Shown here: positions 50,224 through 58,865 of the stretch, one piece after another
How positions within the stretch are numbered: position 1 is the stretch's first letter
Layout: every line of letters starts with the position of its first letter
Assembly (NCBI GenBank): GCA_963933835.1
Contig: CAWVVV010000003.1
Location: 128,001 to 192,000, forward strand
From: an uncultured Puniceicoccaceae bacterium
GTDB lineage: Bacteria > Verrucomicrobiota > Verrucomicrobiia > Opitutales > Oceanipulchritudinaceae
DNA length: 64,000 nt
Direction: 5' to 3'
Notes under the pieces: model-generated
The model's database searches: none
Seen by the model: the letters and a program-made list of their open reading frames with translations, nothing else
What the model was told of the DNA's origin: nothing
Program-made: the position numbers and the translations under genes

Positions 50224-50242
50224 GAGAAAGGTTCTCATTATC
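50224..50242 (-). promoter_or_regulatory. Fur box
   Basis: GATAATGAGAACCTTTCTC, 15/19 to GATAATGATAATCATTATC, upstream of the receptor. Confidence 0.75.
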
Positions 50243-50392
50243 AAATATGACTGAATTTAGCGCCCAAAATAGCCTCAATACGAGGCGATTTCCAAAACCA
50301 CAGGACAGCCTCGAAAGCTTTACTAGAACGCTTTACAGCCTGTTGCCCTCGAGTTTTACACTCGGCTGGATACTTACCGAGGAACGCGTGCT

Positions 50393-50572
50393 CTATGGTT
50401 CGCGTTTGTCGAGAAACTGCTGAATTGTGGGGTCACGTTTCACCCCTTCGCACCCACAATCACCACCGCAACCCGGCTTCGCTTTGCGTTTTTTGAATAG
50501 ACCACGAAATAGCCATGCAAGCGCGAGCAAGACGATGGCGTAGATGAAGAAATGTTCTAAATCGAGTGGCAT
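50393..50572 (-). CDS. FeoB-associated Cys-rich small membrane protein
   Basis: MPLDLEHFFIYAIVLLALAWLFRGLFKKRKAKPGCGGDCGCEG..*, 59 aa, 19 bp after feoB; absent from the ORF track. Confidence 0.8.
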   Translation of the reverse strand: MPLDLEHFFIYAIVLLALAWLFRGLFKKRKAKPGCGGDCGCEGVKRDPTIQQFLDKREP

Positions 50573-50591
50573 GAGAAAAGGGTTGTGTGAC

Positions 50592-52718
50592 TCAGCTGAA
50601 GCCCAGAATCAGTCCGCCTTGGTAGACAGCAAAGGCCGAAAGCCAAGCAACCGCAAACATGTAGAAGACTTGGAACAAGGCCCAGCCCCACGACTGCGTC
50701 TCACGCCTTACCACCGCAACGGTCGACATACATTGCAGCGCAAAAACGAAGAAGAGCATCAGGCTGAGGCAAGTCAGCGGAGTGAAGAGCGGGGAACCAT
50801 CTGAGCGCGTCTGTGAACGCAAAGCATCGACGACCGAATCGACGTCTTCCTCGTCTTCCACCTGATAAATGATCGCCATTGTGGAAACAAAGATTTCGCG
50901 CGCGGCAAAGCTCGCAAGGACACCGACGTTCACCTTCCAGTCGTATCCTAGGGGCGCAAAGATCGGTTCGGCGGCTTGTCCGATCTTCCCTGCAAAGGAG
51001 TGCTCCAAAGAGCTGACCGTCTCAATGATCTCTTCGCCGTTCTCAGACTCAACCACGAGATCAACCTGCGGGTAGTTCATCCCAAACCAAAGGATGATAC
51101 TGAGGGCAAAAATAATTGTTCCGGCTCGGCGCAAAAAGACCTTCGATCGATCCCACATTTCCAGCGCAACCGAACGCCAGCGTGGGATCCGGTAGCTCGG
51201 CAACTCTAGGACCATCGTGGGAGTCACCCCTTTGAGAAGAGTGCGCTTGAAGATGAGGCCAAATATAAGCGCCGCCGCTGTTCCAATAAAGTAGAGACCA
51301 AAGAGCAGCGCGGCCTGCACACTCGCACGATACTCCATATCCGGAAGCAGTGCGGCAATGAGAACGAGATAGACCGGGAGGCGCGCCGTGCAGCTCATGA
51401 ACGGGGCGACCATGATCGTGACAAGGCGATCTTTCGGGCTCTCAATCGTGCGCGTCGCCATGATTCCCGGGACGGCACAGGCATAGCTTGAAAGTAGAGG
51501 GACAAAACTGCGCCCATGCAGGCCAACCTTGCTCATCAGTCGATCGAGGATAAACGCCGCCCGCGCCATGTATCCACTCGATTCCAACAGACTAATGAAG
51601 AAGAAGAGCATCAAAATCTGTGGTAGAAAAATCACTACACCGCCGATCCCGCTAATCACGCCGTCAACAAGAAGGCTCTCCAGCTGACCATCTGGCATCA
51701 CCGCAGCCACTTGCTCAGCGACCCAGCCTACCCCCCCGTCGATCCAATCCATGAAGGGTACTGCGAGTTTGAAAACGCTATAGAAAAGCACCCCCATGAT
51801 GAAGGCGAAGACGCCAAAACCTGAAACGGGATGCAGCAACACTCGATCGAGGCGTTCCGTCGTCGTCACGCGATTGGGGTTAAAGCGCTGAACGACTTCA
51901 TGCAGGATCGTTCCAATAAAAGCGTAGCGCGCCGTGATAATTCCGCTTTGCCAGCCCGGCACTTCGCGATCAAGGCGTTGTCGCCAAATCTCGAGACGGG
52001 TCCGCGCCGGGCCTAAATTAAGACTACCAAGCCGATCCTCACTCGCCGATAAGGCCAAGCGGGCTTCCGCGTGGGCAAAATCATGCGACATGCCCGGGCG
52101 CTGAAATGAAGGTGCAAGATCGCGACCTGCTTCTTCGACGAGCTCTGGATAGCTCACGAGTTCTTTTGCTCGAAGTAAATCCGCACGTGACAGCGCCACC
52201 CGAAGCGAAATGACCTTCTTATCGTCCTTCTCGTCGAGCTCGACGACCTTAACGCCGAGCTTGCGCTCGAGGACGTCAGCTTTCACTCGCACTCCGCGCC
52301 GCTCTGCGATGTCCAACATGTTCAGGGCCACGATGGTGGGAAATCCCAGCTCTACGACCTGCGTCACAAAAAAGAGATTACGCTCGATGTTGCTCGCATC
52401 GATCAGACAAACCACGACATCTGGCGGGGCTTCGCCCTCAATGCGGCCAAGGAGAAAATCGACCAAGATCTGTTCATCCGGTGAGCGCGGGTGCAGGCTA
52501 TACGTCCCCGGCAAATCGATCACCTTCATCTGCACTCCGTGCTGGGTGTAAGCGACGCCCTCTTTGCGCTCTACCGTCACGCCTGGGTAATTGCCTACCT
52601 TTTGACGCAGCCCGGTCAGCGCATTAAAAACCGTCGTTTTACCGCAATTCGGATTACCGAGCAGTGCGACCTTGAGGGGCCGTTGAGCAGACTTCTCTTC
52701 TTCCTTTGTCGCTATCAC
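50592..52718 (-). CDS. feoB: Ferrous iron transporter B
   Basis: GNPNCGKT, VGNYPGVTVE, DLPG, ESSGYMARAA, FMSCTARLP and FAARE motifs. Confidence 0.97.
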   Translation of the reverse strand: MIATKEEEKSAQRPLKVALLGNPNCGKTTVFNALTGLRQKVGNYPGVTVERKEGVAYTQHGVQMKVIDLPGTYSLHPRSPDEQILVDFLLGRIEGEAPPDVVVCLIDASNIERNLFFVTQVVELGFPTIVALNMLDIAERRGVRVKADVLERKLGVKVVELDEKDDKKVISLRVALSRADLLRAKELVSYPELVEEAGRDLAPSFQRPGMSHDFAHAEARLALSASEDRLGSLNLGPARTRLEIWRQRLDREVPGWQSGIITARYAFIGTILHEVVQRFNPNRVTTTERLDRVLLHPVSGFGVFAFIMGVLFYSVFKLAVPFMDWIDGGVGWVAEQVAAVMPDGQLESLLVDGVISGIGGVVIFLPQILMLFFFISLLESSGYMARAAFILDRLMSKVGLHGRSFVPLLSSYACAVPGIMATRTIESPKDRLVTIMVAPFMSCTARLPVYLVLIAALLPDMEYRASVQAALLFGLYFIGTAAALIFGLIFKRTLLKGVTPTMVLELPSYRIPRWRSVALEMWDRSKVFLRRAGTIIFALSIILWFGMNYPQVDLVVESENGEEIIETVSSLEHSFAGKIGQAAEPIFAPLGYDWKVNVGVLASFAAREIFVSTMAIIYQVEDEEDVDSVVDALRSQTRSDGSPLFTPLTCLSLMLFFVFALQCMSTVAVVRRETQSWGWALFQVFYMFAVAWLSAFAVYQGGLILGFS

Positions 52719-52736
52719 TCAGCCCTTTTCGGAAAA

Positions 52737-52976
52737 TTAGAGCAGTTCAACTTCAATCCTCGAGGCTTCCGCGCGGCGCAACGAAAGCATGTAGCCGCGA
52801 ACCTCAACTTCAAGCGGGTCACCCATCGGCGCAATACGCACGCAGCGAACCTCGGTATCTGGGATCAAGCCCATCTCCATCAAGCGCAAATGCATCTCAT
52901 GCCCACCGACGTAGGCAAGAATACGAGCCGCCTGCCCTGGATTCAGTTCCGACAAAGTTGTTTTACCCGCCACCAT
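52737..52976 (-). CDS. feoA: Ferrous iron transport protein A
   Basis: LSEL.PG, RLMEMGL.P, APMGDP and LSLRRAEA motifs; start set at ATG 52976. Confidence 0.92.
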   Translation of the reverse strand: MVAGKTTLSELNPGQAARILAYVGGHEMHLRLMEMGLIPDTEVRCVRIAPMGDPLEVEVRGYMLSLRRAEASRIEVELL

Positions 52977-53017
52977 AATTCCCAAAACCATGCTCAACCC
53001 CCGCCCACAGTCAAAAT

Positions 53018-53036
53018 GAAATTGAGATTCGTTCTC
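53018..53036. promoter_or_regulatory. Fur box upstream of feoA
   Basis: GAAATTGAGATTCGTTCTC, 13/19 to consensus, next to a minus-strand TTGACT -35-like hexamer. Confidence 0.6.
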
Positions 53037-53098
53037 GGAAACAAAATCCCCCTTTTCGCTCGCCGCGGGCATAGACGACGTTTTTAGAGTGTTTCCTT

Positions 53099-54205
53099 AT
53101 GCAAGCTGGAATCGTCGGGATGCCCAATGTGGGAAAGAGCACGCTTTTTAACGCGGTCACACGCACACGGAAGGCGGAGGCTGCCAATTATCCGTTTTGC
53201 ACGATCGAACCGAACATCGGAATCGTGCAGGTGCCGGATGAGCGTCTGGACGTCTTGGCGAAGATTGCTGGGACGGCGAAGATCATTCCAGCGGCGATCG
53301 AGTTCGTGGATATTGCGGGGCTCGTGAAGGGCGCTTCGGAGGGTGAAGGCCTCGGCAACAAGTTCCTCCACACCATTCGTGAGGTCGATGCGATCGTGCA
53401 AGTGGTGCGCTGTTTTGAGAACGACGACATCATCCACTCGATGGGCTCAGTCGATCCAATCCGCGATATTGAGATTATTCTGACGGAGTTAATTCTCTCC
53501 GACCTGCAAAGTGTGGAGACTCAATACGACAAGCAGATCAAGAAGGCGCGCGGGCAAGATAAGGAAGCGATCGCGAGGGTCGCTCTCTTAGAAAAGCTCA
53601 AGCCACTTCTCAACGAGGGCAAGCCAGCCTACCTGATCGACGCTGATGAAGAAGCTGCGCCCATTCTGAAGACCTTTGGCCTGCTCACCCTCAAGCCAAT
53701 CATTTTTGCCTGTAATGTTTCGGAGGAAGACCTCGCTGACCCTTCAAAGAATCCGCACGTCAAGGCTGTTGCCGACTACGTGGCCAAAGCGCACGAGGCA
53801 AAGTCCGTCGTGATCTGCTCCCGCCTCGAAGAAGAGCTGAGCGAAATGGAACCCGAAGAAGTGGGCATCTTTCTCGAAGACATGGGGTTGAAGGATAGCG
53901 GCGTGAGCCTGCTGATCCGCTCGGTTTATGATCTACTCGGCCTCGCTAGCTACTTCACAGCGGGTGTTCAGGAGGCACGCGCATGGACGATCCGCAAGGG
54001 CATGAAAGCACCCGAGTGTGCTGGAGTGATCCATACTGACTTTGAAGACGGCTTCATCAAAGCCGAAGTAGTCGCCTACGAAGACCTCGTAGCGGCCGGA
54101 AATAAAGTGGCGGCGAAAGAAGCCGGCAAGGTGCGGATGGAAGGCAAAGACTATGTTTTCAAGGATGGAGACGTGACCGAGTTTCGTTTCAATAAGACAA
54201 GTTAG
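53099..54205 (+). CDS. ychF: Redox-regulated ATPase YchF
   Basis: [30 protein letters not shown] and AGVIHTDF motifs. Confidence 0.97.
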   Translation: MQAGIVGMPNVGKSTLFNAVTRTRKAEAANYPFCTIEPNIGIVQVPDERLDVLAKIAGTAKIIPAAIEFVDIAGLVKGASEGEGLGNKFLHTIREVDAIVQVVRCFENDDIIHSMGSVDPIRDIEIILTELILSDLQSVETQYDKQIKKARGQDKEAIARVALLEKLKPLLNEGKPAYLIDADEEAAPILKTFGLLTLKPIIFACNVSEEDLADPSKNPHVKAVADYVAKAHEAKSVVICSRLEEELSEMEPEEVGIFLEDMGLKDSGVSLLIRSVYDLLGLASYFTAGVQEARAWTIRKGMKAPECAGVIHTDFEDGFIKAEVVAYEDLVAAGNKVAAKEAGKVRMEGKDYVFKDGDVTEFRFNKTS

Positions 54206-54267
54206 GCCAGAAATCGGCGCAATAAGTGCCCCTTCTGCTTGTTAAAGGGCTCTCGCCTGACACTGAT

Positions 54268-54873
54268 ATGAACATGCGTCTGCAACTCGTTCTCATTTCT
54301 GGACTACTCATCGCACTTTTCAGCGGCTGTAAACAATCGACCGAACCGACCGTCTACTCGGTTCCAAAAGACAGCGAAATTGCCACTGTCACGCCTTCGA
54401 CGCCAACGCCCGCGGGAGACATGGCCGGCTCCAGCTTCACGCCGCCCGTCGCAGGGATGAATGGACATGCGCCCTCGTGGACCGTGCCGGACGATTGGAA
54501 AACTTCCCCAGGCTCAGCGATGCGAAAAGCAAGCTACGCCGTCACCCACCCTGAGGGTACGCTCGATGTTTCGGTATCGGCCTTTCCTGGGGATGTCGGA
54601 GGACCGCTAGCGAACGTAAACCGTTGGCGACAGCAGATTGGCCTCAGTCCGCTCAGCGCAGCCGATCTCGACCCCTACTACGCCCCTCTCGACGGAATGG
54701 AACCTGGGTTCTACACCGAGCTGATCGGAGCACAGCAGTCTACCCTCGCAGCTACCTTTGTGCACGACGGCAATTCATGGTTCTTCAAGATATCAGGACC
54801 AACCGCCTCGATCGAAAAAGAACGCGCAGACTTCCTCACCGTCGTACGCGGCGTTAATTTCGCCGGCCACTAG
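54268..54873 (+). CDS. Hypothetical lipoprotein leading the cytochrome c biogenesis operon
   Basis: Lipobox FSGC; W.VPDDW, ANVNRWRQQIGL and SWFFKISGP. Confidence 0.7.
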   Translation: MNMRLQLVLISGLLIALFSGCKQSTEPTVYSVPKDSEIATVTPSTPTPAGDMAGSSFTPPVAGMNGHAPSWTVPDDWKTSPGSAMRKASYAVTHPEGTLDVSVSAFPGDVGGPLANVNRWRQQIGLSPLSAADLDPYYAPLDGMEPGFYTELIGAQQSTLAATFVHDGNSWFFKISGPTASIEKERADFLTVVRGVNFAGH

Positions 54874-54887
54874 CTCTCCTCTTTCAG

Positions 54888-55106
54888 ATGAAACGCAAAA
54901 AGCCCTCCATCTATAGCCTCATACCGTGGTCCTTCGCCGCCTGCGGTCTGCTGATCGCGCTCGGCAATCTTTTCGGGCTAACTGGCCTCCAATTGCCGAT
55001 CTTTCCCGTCGTTCAAGACGCCGTCGGTTTGATCATCAACGCAGTCTTCCTGCTCGCCATCGGCTTCATTCCAGTGGTGATCACGCATCTATTTCAAAAA
55101 GCCTGA
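54888..55106 (+). CDS. Small two-TM membrane protein
   Basis: Two hydrophobic helices; TGATG overlap with the next gene. Confidence 0.55.
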   Translation: MKRKKPSIYSLIPWSFAACGLLIALGNLFGLTGLQLPIFPVVQDAVGLIINAVFLLAIGFIPVVITHLFQKA

Positions 55107-56293
55107 TGAACCCTGCCTTCAAGTTTTTCAGTTCCATCCGGCTCACCGTCTACCTTCTGTTTGCGAGCACTCTCCTGATCTTCGTGGGAACACTGGATCA
55201 GGTTCAAGACGGCATCTACCTGGCCCAAAAACGCTACTACGAGCATGTCTTCGTCATCTTCACTCGGGGGCGGTTTCAGCTGCCAATACCGGGAGGCTAC
55301 CTGATCGGACCTCTCCTCATTCTGAATCTGCTTGCGGCTCATTTCCGTTACTACCGCATGGGTTGGCGAAAGCTCGGGATCGCCGCTCTTCACCTTGGCG
55401 TGATCGCTCTGCTCGTTGGACAACTCATTACTCAAACCTCCCAAAAAGATAGCTTCATGTGGCTCTCAGAAGGCGAGCGTAAGAACTACCTTGAATCCTT
55501 CCACGAAGATGAATTGGTCGTGATTGATCGATCAGATGACGCAGTGAACCGCATCGTGAGCTGGCCCGTCGCGGCCTTCGAAAGCGGGGATGCGCTCCTT
55601 CAGCACCCGATGCTCCCCTTTCAGCTGAAGATCAAGGCTTATGCCCTCAATGCCGGAATTGGCCCGATCGACGCTTTGGCATCGGGCGCTATCGGCGGAT
55701 TCGACCGAGGCCTCGCTTCACGGCGCAACTTTGGCATGACAAAGCTCCCCCCCACCTACGCTGATGGTGAGCGCAATCGCATGACGGCCGCTGTAGAAGT
55801 GATCGGAGCGGATGGTTCCCTCGGGCAGTGGATGGTCTCGAATATCTTTCGTCAGGCCCAACCCGTGAGAGTTCCAACCTCACCACAGACTTTCGTGTAT
55901 CAAAATCGCGAATACGAAATCGCGCTACGCTTCAAACGCGCCTACCTACCCTCACAGATAGAGCTTCTCGACTTTAAGCACGATCGCTATCCGGGCACTG
56001 AGATACCCTTCAACTTTTCAAGCAAGGTGAACATCATCGGCGAGACAAGCGGTGACGAGCGTTCGACCCTCATCTACATGAACCACCCCTTGCGCTACGC
56101 TGGATACACTTTCTTCCAAGCGTCTTTTGCTGAAAACGACACGATGTCGATGTTTCAAGTCGTGAAAAACCCGGGCAGGTTAATCCCGTATGTGGCCTGC
56201 GCCATCATCTCGATAGGCCTGCTTTATCAGTTCGGATTCAGCCTCATCGTATTTGCCCTAAAGTCCCGCGAGCGGAGGACGCAGACCTCATGA
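55106..56293 (+). CDS. ResB/CcsB-like cytochrome c biogenesis protein
   Basis: FSSIRLTV..VGTLDQ, conserved H in ALHLG, MNHPLRYAGYTFFQASF; ATG at 55106. Confidence 0.8.
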   Translation: MNPAFKFFSSIRLTVYLLFASTLLIFVGTLDQVQDGIYLAQKRYYEHVFVIFTRGRFQLPIPGGYLIGPLLILNLLAAHFRYYRMGWRKLGIAALHLGVIALLVGQLITQTSQKDSFMWLSEGERKNYLESFHEDELVVIDRSDDAVNRIVSWPVAAFESGDALLQHPMLPFQLKIKAYALNAGIGPIDALASGAIGGFDRGLASRRNFGMTKLPPTYADGERNRMTAAVEVIGADGSLGQWMVSNIFRQAQPVRVPTSPQTFVYQNREYEIALRFKRAYLPSQIELLDFKHDRYPGTEIPFNFSSKVNIIGETSGDERSTLIYMNHPLRYAGYTFFQASFAENDTMSMFQVVKNPGRLIPYVACAIISIGLLYQFGFSLIVFALKSRERRTQTS

Positions 56294-58122
56294 AACCTAA
56301 GCTCCTGACGATCGGCGCCCTCGCCCTCCTTCTCCTGCTCGCCCTTGGAACACTGAGTCGCCACCTGCGCACAGAAGAGCCTATGAGCGGGCTGGCGGTG
56401 GATCGATTGATGCAACTTCCTGTCCTCGAGGGTGGACGTGTTAAGCCTTTGGATACGGTGGCGCGGAACGCTCTTCTCGTGATCAATCGAAAGCAGCACT
56501 ACGTCAGCGAAGAGGATAAAAAGGTCCCTGCCTCCGATTGGCTCGCTGAACTCATGCTCGATCAGCAGAGTGCATCGCAAAGAAAGATCTTCAGGATCGA
56601 TCATCCGGAAATCGTTGGCTTGCTCGGATTTCACAATGAAGAACAGAAGTTTTTCTCCTTAGCCGAAATCGCTCCACACATCGAGACGCTGCAAGAACAG
56701 TTTGCCTTGATCGACGAAGAACCTGCCCGACGAACAGTTTACCAGCGAGAACTGCTAAAACTCTACAATGCGCTTTCAGTGTATGACGGCCTCGCCAGCA
56801 CGTTCATCGTCCGCCCACTTTTCGGTGATCCACAAACCGAGATTCAAAACCGTGACCGCGTACTGGAGGATCTTCGCACCCTCGAACCAGGTGATGAGAA
56901 TTACGCGAATGCGGCCAACGCTTGGCGCCTCATGGAAGGTCATTATCTAAGCCAAGATCGTTCCAAGGTCCACACGATCTTCCCAGACGGCAGTGAAGAC
57001 TGGATGACTGTCGCCGCAGCGATGGCTAAGCGGAAGCCTGCGAATGAGCTCCTCAAGCACTACGCGGCGATGGCTACTAGTTTCAAAGAGGGCAACAAGG
57101 CGACCTTCTCAACCGCTTTGGATGGCATCGAAGGCGTCTTGCATACGATCGACTTGGCAGACTCAAAAGACTTAAGGCTCGAGTACCGTTTCAACCACTT
57201 CGCGCCCTTCGTCTTCACGCTCGAAATCTACCTCATCGCGTTCTTTGCCGTCTTGCTCGGATGGCTTTTTCTGCCCCGCACCTTTATCATCGGAGGCCTC
57301 GTGCTCCTAACCCTCGGCTTCATCTTTCACACTTTTGGAATGTGGGCACGGATGGAGATTCAGAACCGCCCACCGGTAACAAACCTGTATTCCTCGGCTA
57401 TTTTCGTCGGCTGGGGCTCTGCCCTACTCTGTCTCGTATTGGAGTTTTTCCGGCGCGACGGCATCGCCACCGCAGCCGCCGCGCTCATTGGCGTGCCTAC
57501 GCTCATCATTGCTCACCACTTGAGCTTAAGTGGCGACACGATGGAAATGATGCGCGCTGTGTTAGACCATAACTTCTGGCTAGCGACGCATGTCATTGTC
57601 GTCACAGCGGGTTACTCTGCGACCTTTCTTGGAGGTGTATTAGCAATCCTATACATTTTCCATTACCTGTATGCCGGCAAGGAGGGGCAGAACCTCAAAG
57701 CGATCGAACGGATGGTCTATGGCATCATCTGCTTTGCCCTTCTCTTCAGTTTCGTGGGGACAATTCTCGGAGGCATCTGGGCGGATCAGAGCTGGGGACG
57801 TTTCTGGGGCTGGGATCCAAAAGAAAACGGAGCGCTCATGATTGTGCTCTGGAATGCGCTCATCCTCCATGCTCGATGGGCGAAGGTTGCGAAGCCAATT
57901 GGGCTCATGCAGCTGGCCATCACTGGAAATATCATCACGGCGTGGTCGTGGTTCGGAACGAACCTGCTCGGCGTTGGCCTTCACTCCTATGGTTTCACCG
58001 AGAGTGGATTCTTTTGGCTTATGGCCTTTGCATTCTCGCAAGTTGCCATTATCTGTGTCGCCTTTATCCCGACTATCGTCGAGGCGATCAGAAAGTCCAA
58101 AGGCTCTAAGCAAACGACCTAG
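56290..58122 (+). CDS. ccsA: Cytochrome c biogenesis protein CcsA (System II)
   Basis: GRVKPLDT, PVTNLY, WLATHV and GGIWADQSWGRFWGWDPKE WWD motif, GLHSY. Confidence 0.93.
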   Translation: MKPKLLTIGALALLLLLALGTLSRHLRTEEPMSGLAVDRLMQLPVLEGGRVKPLDTVARNALLVINRKQHYVSEEDKKVPASDWLAELMLDQQSASQRKIFRIDHPEIVGLLGFHNEEQKFFSLAEIAPHIETLQEQFALIDEEPARRTVYQRELLKLYNALSVYDGLASTFIVRPLFGDPQTEIQNRDRVLEDLRTLEPGDENYANAANAWRLMEGHYLSQDRSKVHTIFPDGSEDWMTVAAAMAKRKPANELLKHYAAMATSFKEGNKATFSTALDGIEGVLHTIDLADSKDLRLEYRFNHFAPFVFTLEIYLIAFFAVLLGWLFLPRTFIIGGLVLLTLGFIFHTFGMWARMEIQNRPPVTNLYSSAIFVGWGSALLCLVLEFFRRDGIATAAAALIGVPTLIIAHHLSLSGDTMEMMRAVLDHNFWLATHVIVVTAGYSATFLGGVLAILYIFHYLYAGKEGQNLKAIERMVYGIICFALLFSFVGTILGGIWADQSWGRFWGWDPKENGALMIVLWNALILHARWAKVAKPIGLMQLAITGNIITAWSWFGTNLLGVGLHSYGFTESGFFWLMAFAFSQVAIICVAFIPTIVEAIRKSKGSKQTT

Positions 58123-58686
58123 CCACTGCCTTCTGAGTTAATTTCTCGATCTCAGGTTTAAGGACATTTTCGTAGTAATCTGGCTCTACCCCATGCGTCA
58201 GCGTAATCCCCAACTTGTTCCGCATAAATTCTTCGATCGTTTGCCAGCCCTCTTCAGGAATATTGATCTTCTTGGTGTAAGCACAAATCGTTAAAACATC
58301 TTCGAGCTCCCGAATACGAGAGCCAGCAGATAGGATGCGCTCGGCCACTTTGAGTCGAATTTCCAGCTCTACGCGGTCGAGGGGTTTAGCTAGAAAATCA
58401 TCTACGCCCACCCACATCGCTTCGTAGTAGTTCTCCTTCTGGTCCACGTTTGCCGTCAACATGATGACGTAGGTGTAGTTGCTCTCTGGATGTTCTCGAC
58501 GAGTTTTAGCCCATCCATACGAGGCATACGCCAGTCACTGATCACCAAACGCGTGGGCGAGGTACGGTATTGATTCCATGCTTCTTCGCCGTCTTCCGCT
58601 ACGAACACAGTATGACCCAGCTCTTCTAGAATAGTTACGAGGAGCTTCCGGGAAATAAAGTCGTCTTCGGCAATAAGAATGTTCAC
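58106..58686 (-). pseudogene. Frameshifted response regulator
   Basis: ILIAEDD..SDWRMPRMDG in one frame; ESNYTYVIMLTA..DDFLAKP..ICAYTKKI in another; shift near 58485. Confidence 0.85.
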
Positions 58687-58701
58687 GGATTGTATCTAAG
58701 T

Positions 58702-58728
58702 TCATCGCCCAACTGGAGCCTCTCTTTA
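58702..58728 (-). promoter_or_regulatory. Sigma-28-like promoter
   Basis: TAAA-N15-GGCGATGA, 15 bp upstream of the regulator GTG. Confidence 0.45.
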
Positions 58729-58781
58729 GCCAACGATCAGGCTTTAGCGTCATATGAGTGATTCCCTTCCAGTCAGATACG

Positions 58782-58812
58782 AAAAAAGGCTACCCCTTTT
58801 CAGGGGCAGCCC
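58782..58812 (-). terminator. Intrinsic terminator
   Basis: Minus strand GGCTGCCCCT-GAAA-AGGGGTAGCC-TTTTTT. Confidence 0.8.
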
Positions 58813-58865
58813 TATATAGCTATGTTCGTTCGTTTATTGTTCTGACTTACTAAAGACGCAAATTC

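Noticed and set aside
54926..55105. N-terminal extension of the ccsB-like ORF
   Set aside because: Overlaps a plausible two-TM gene; TGATG coupling supports the 55106 start.
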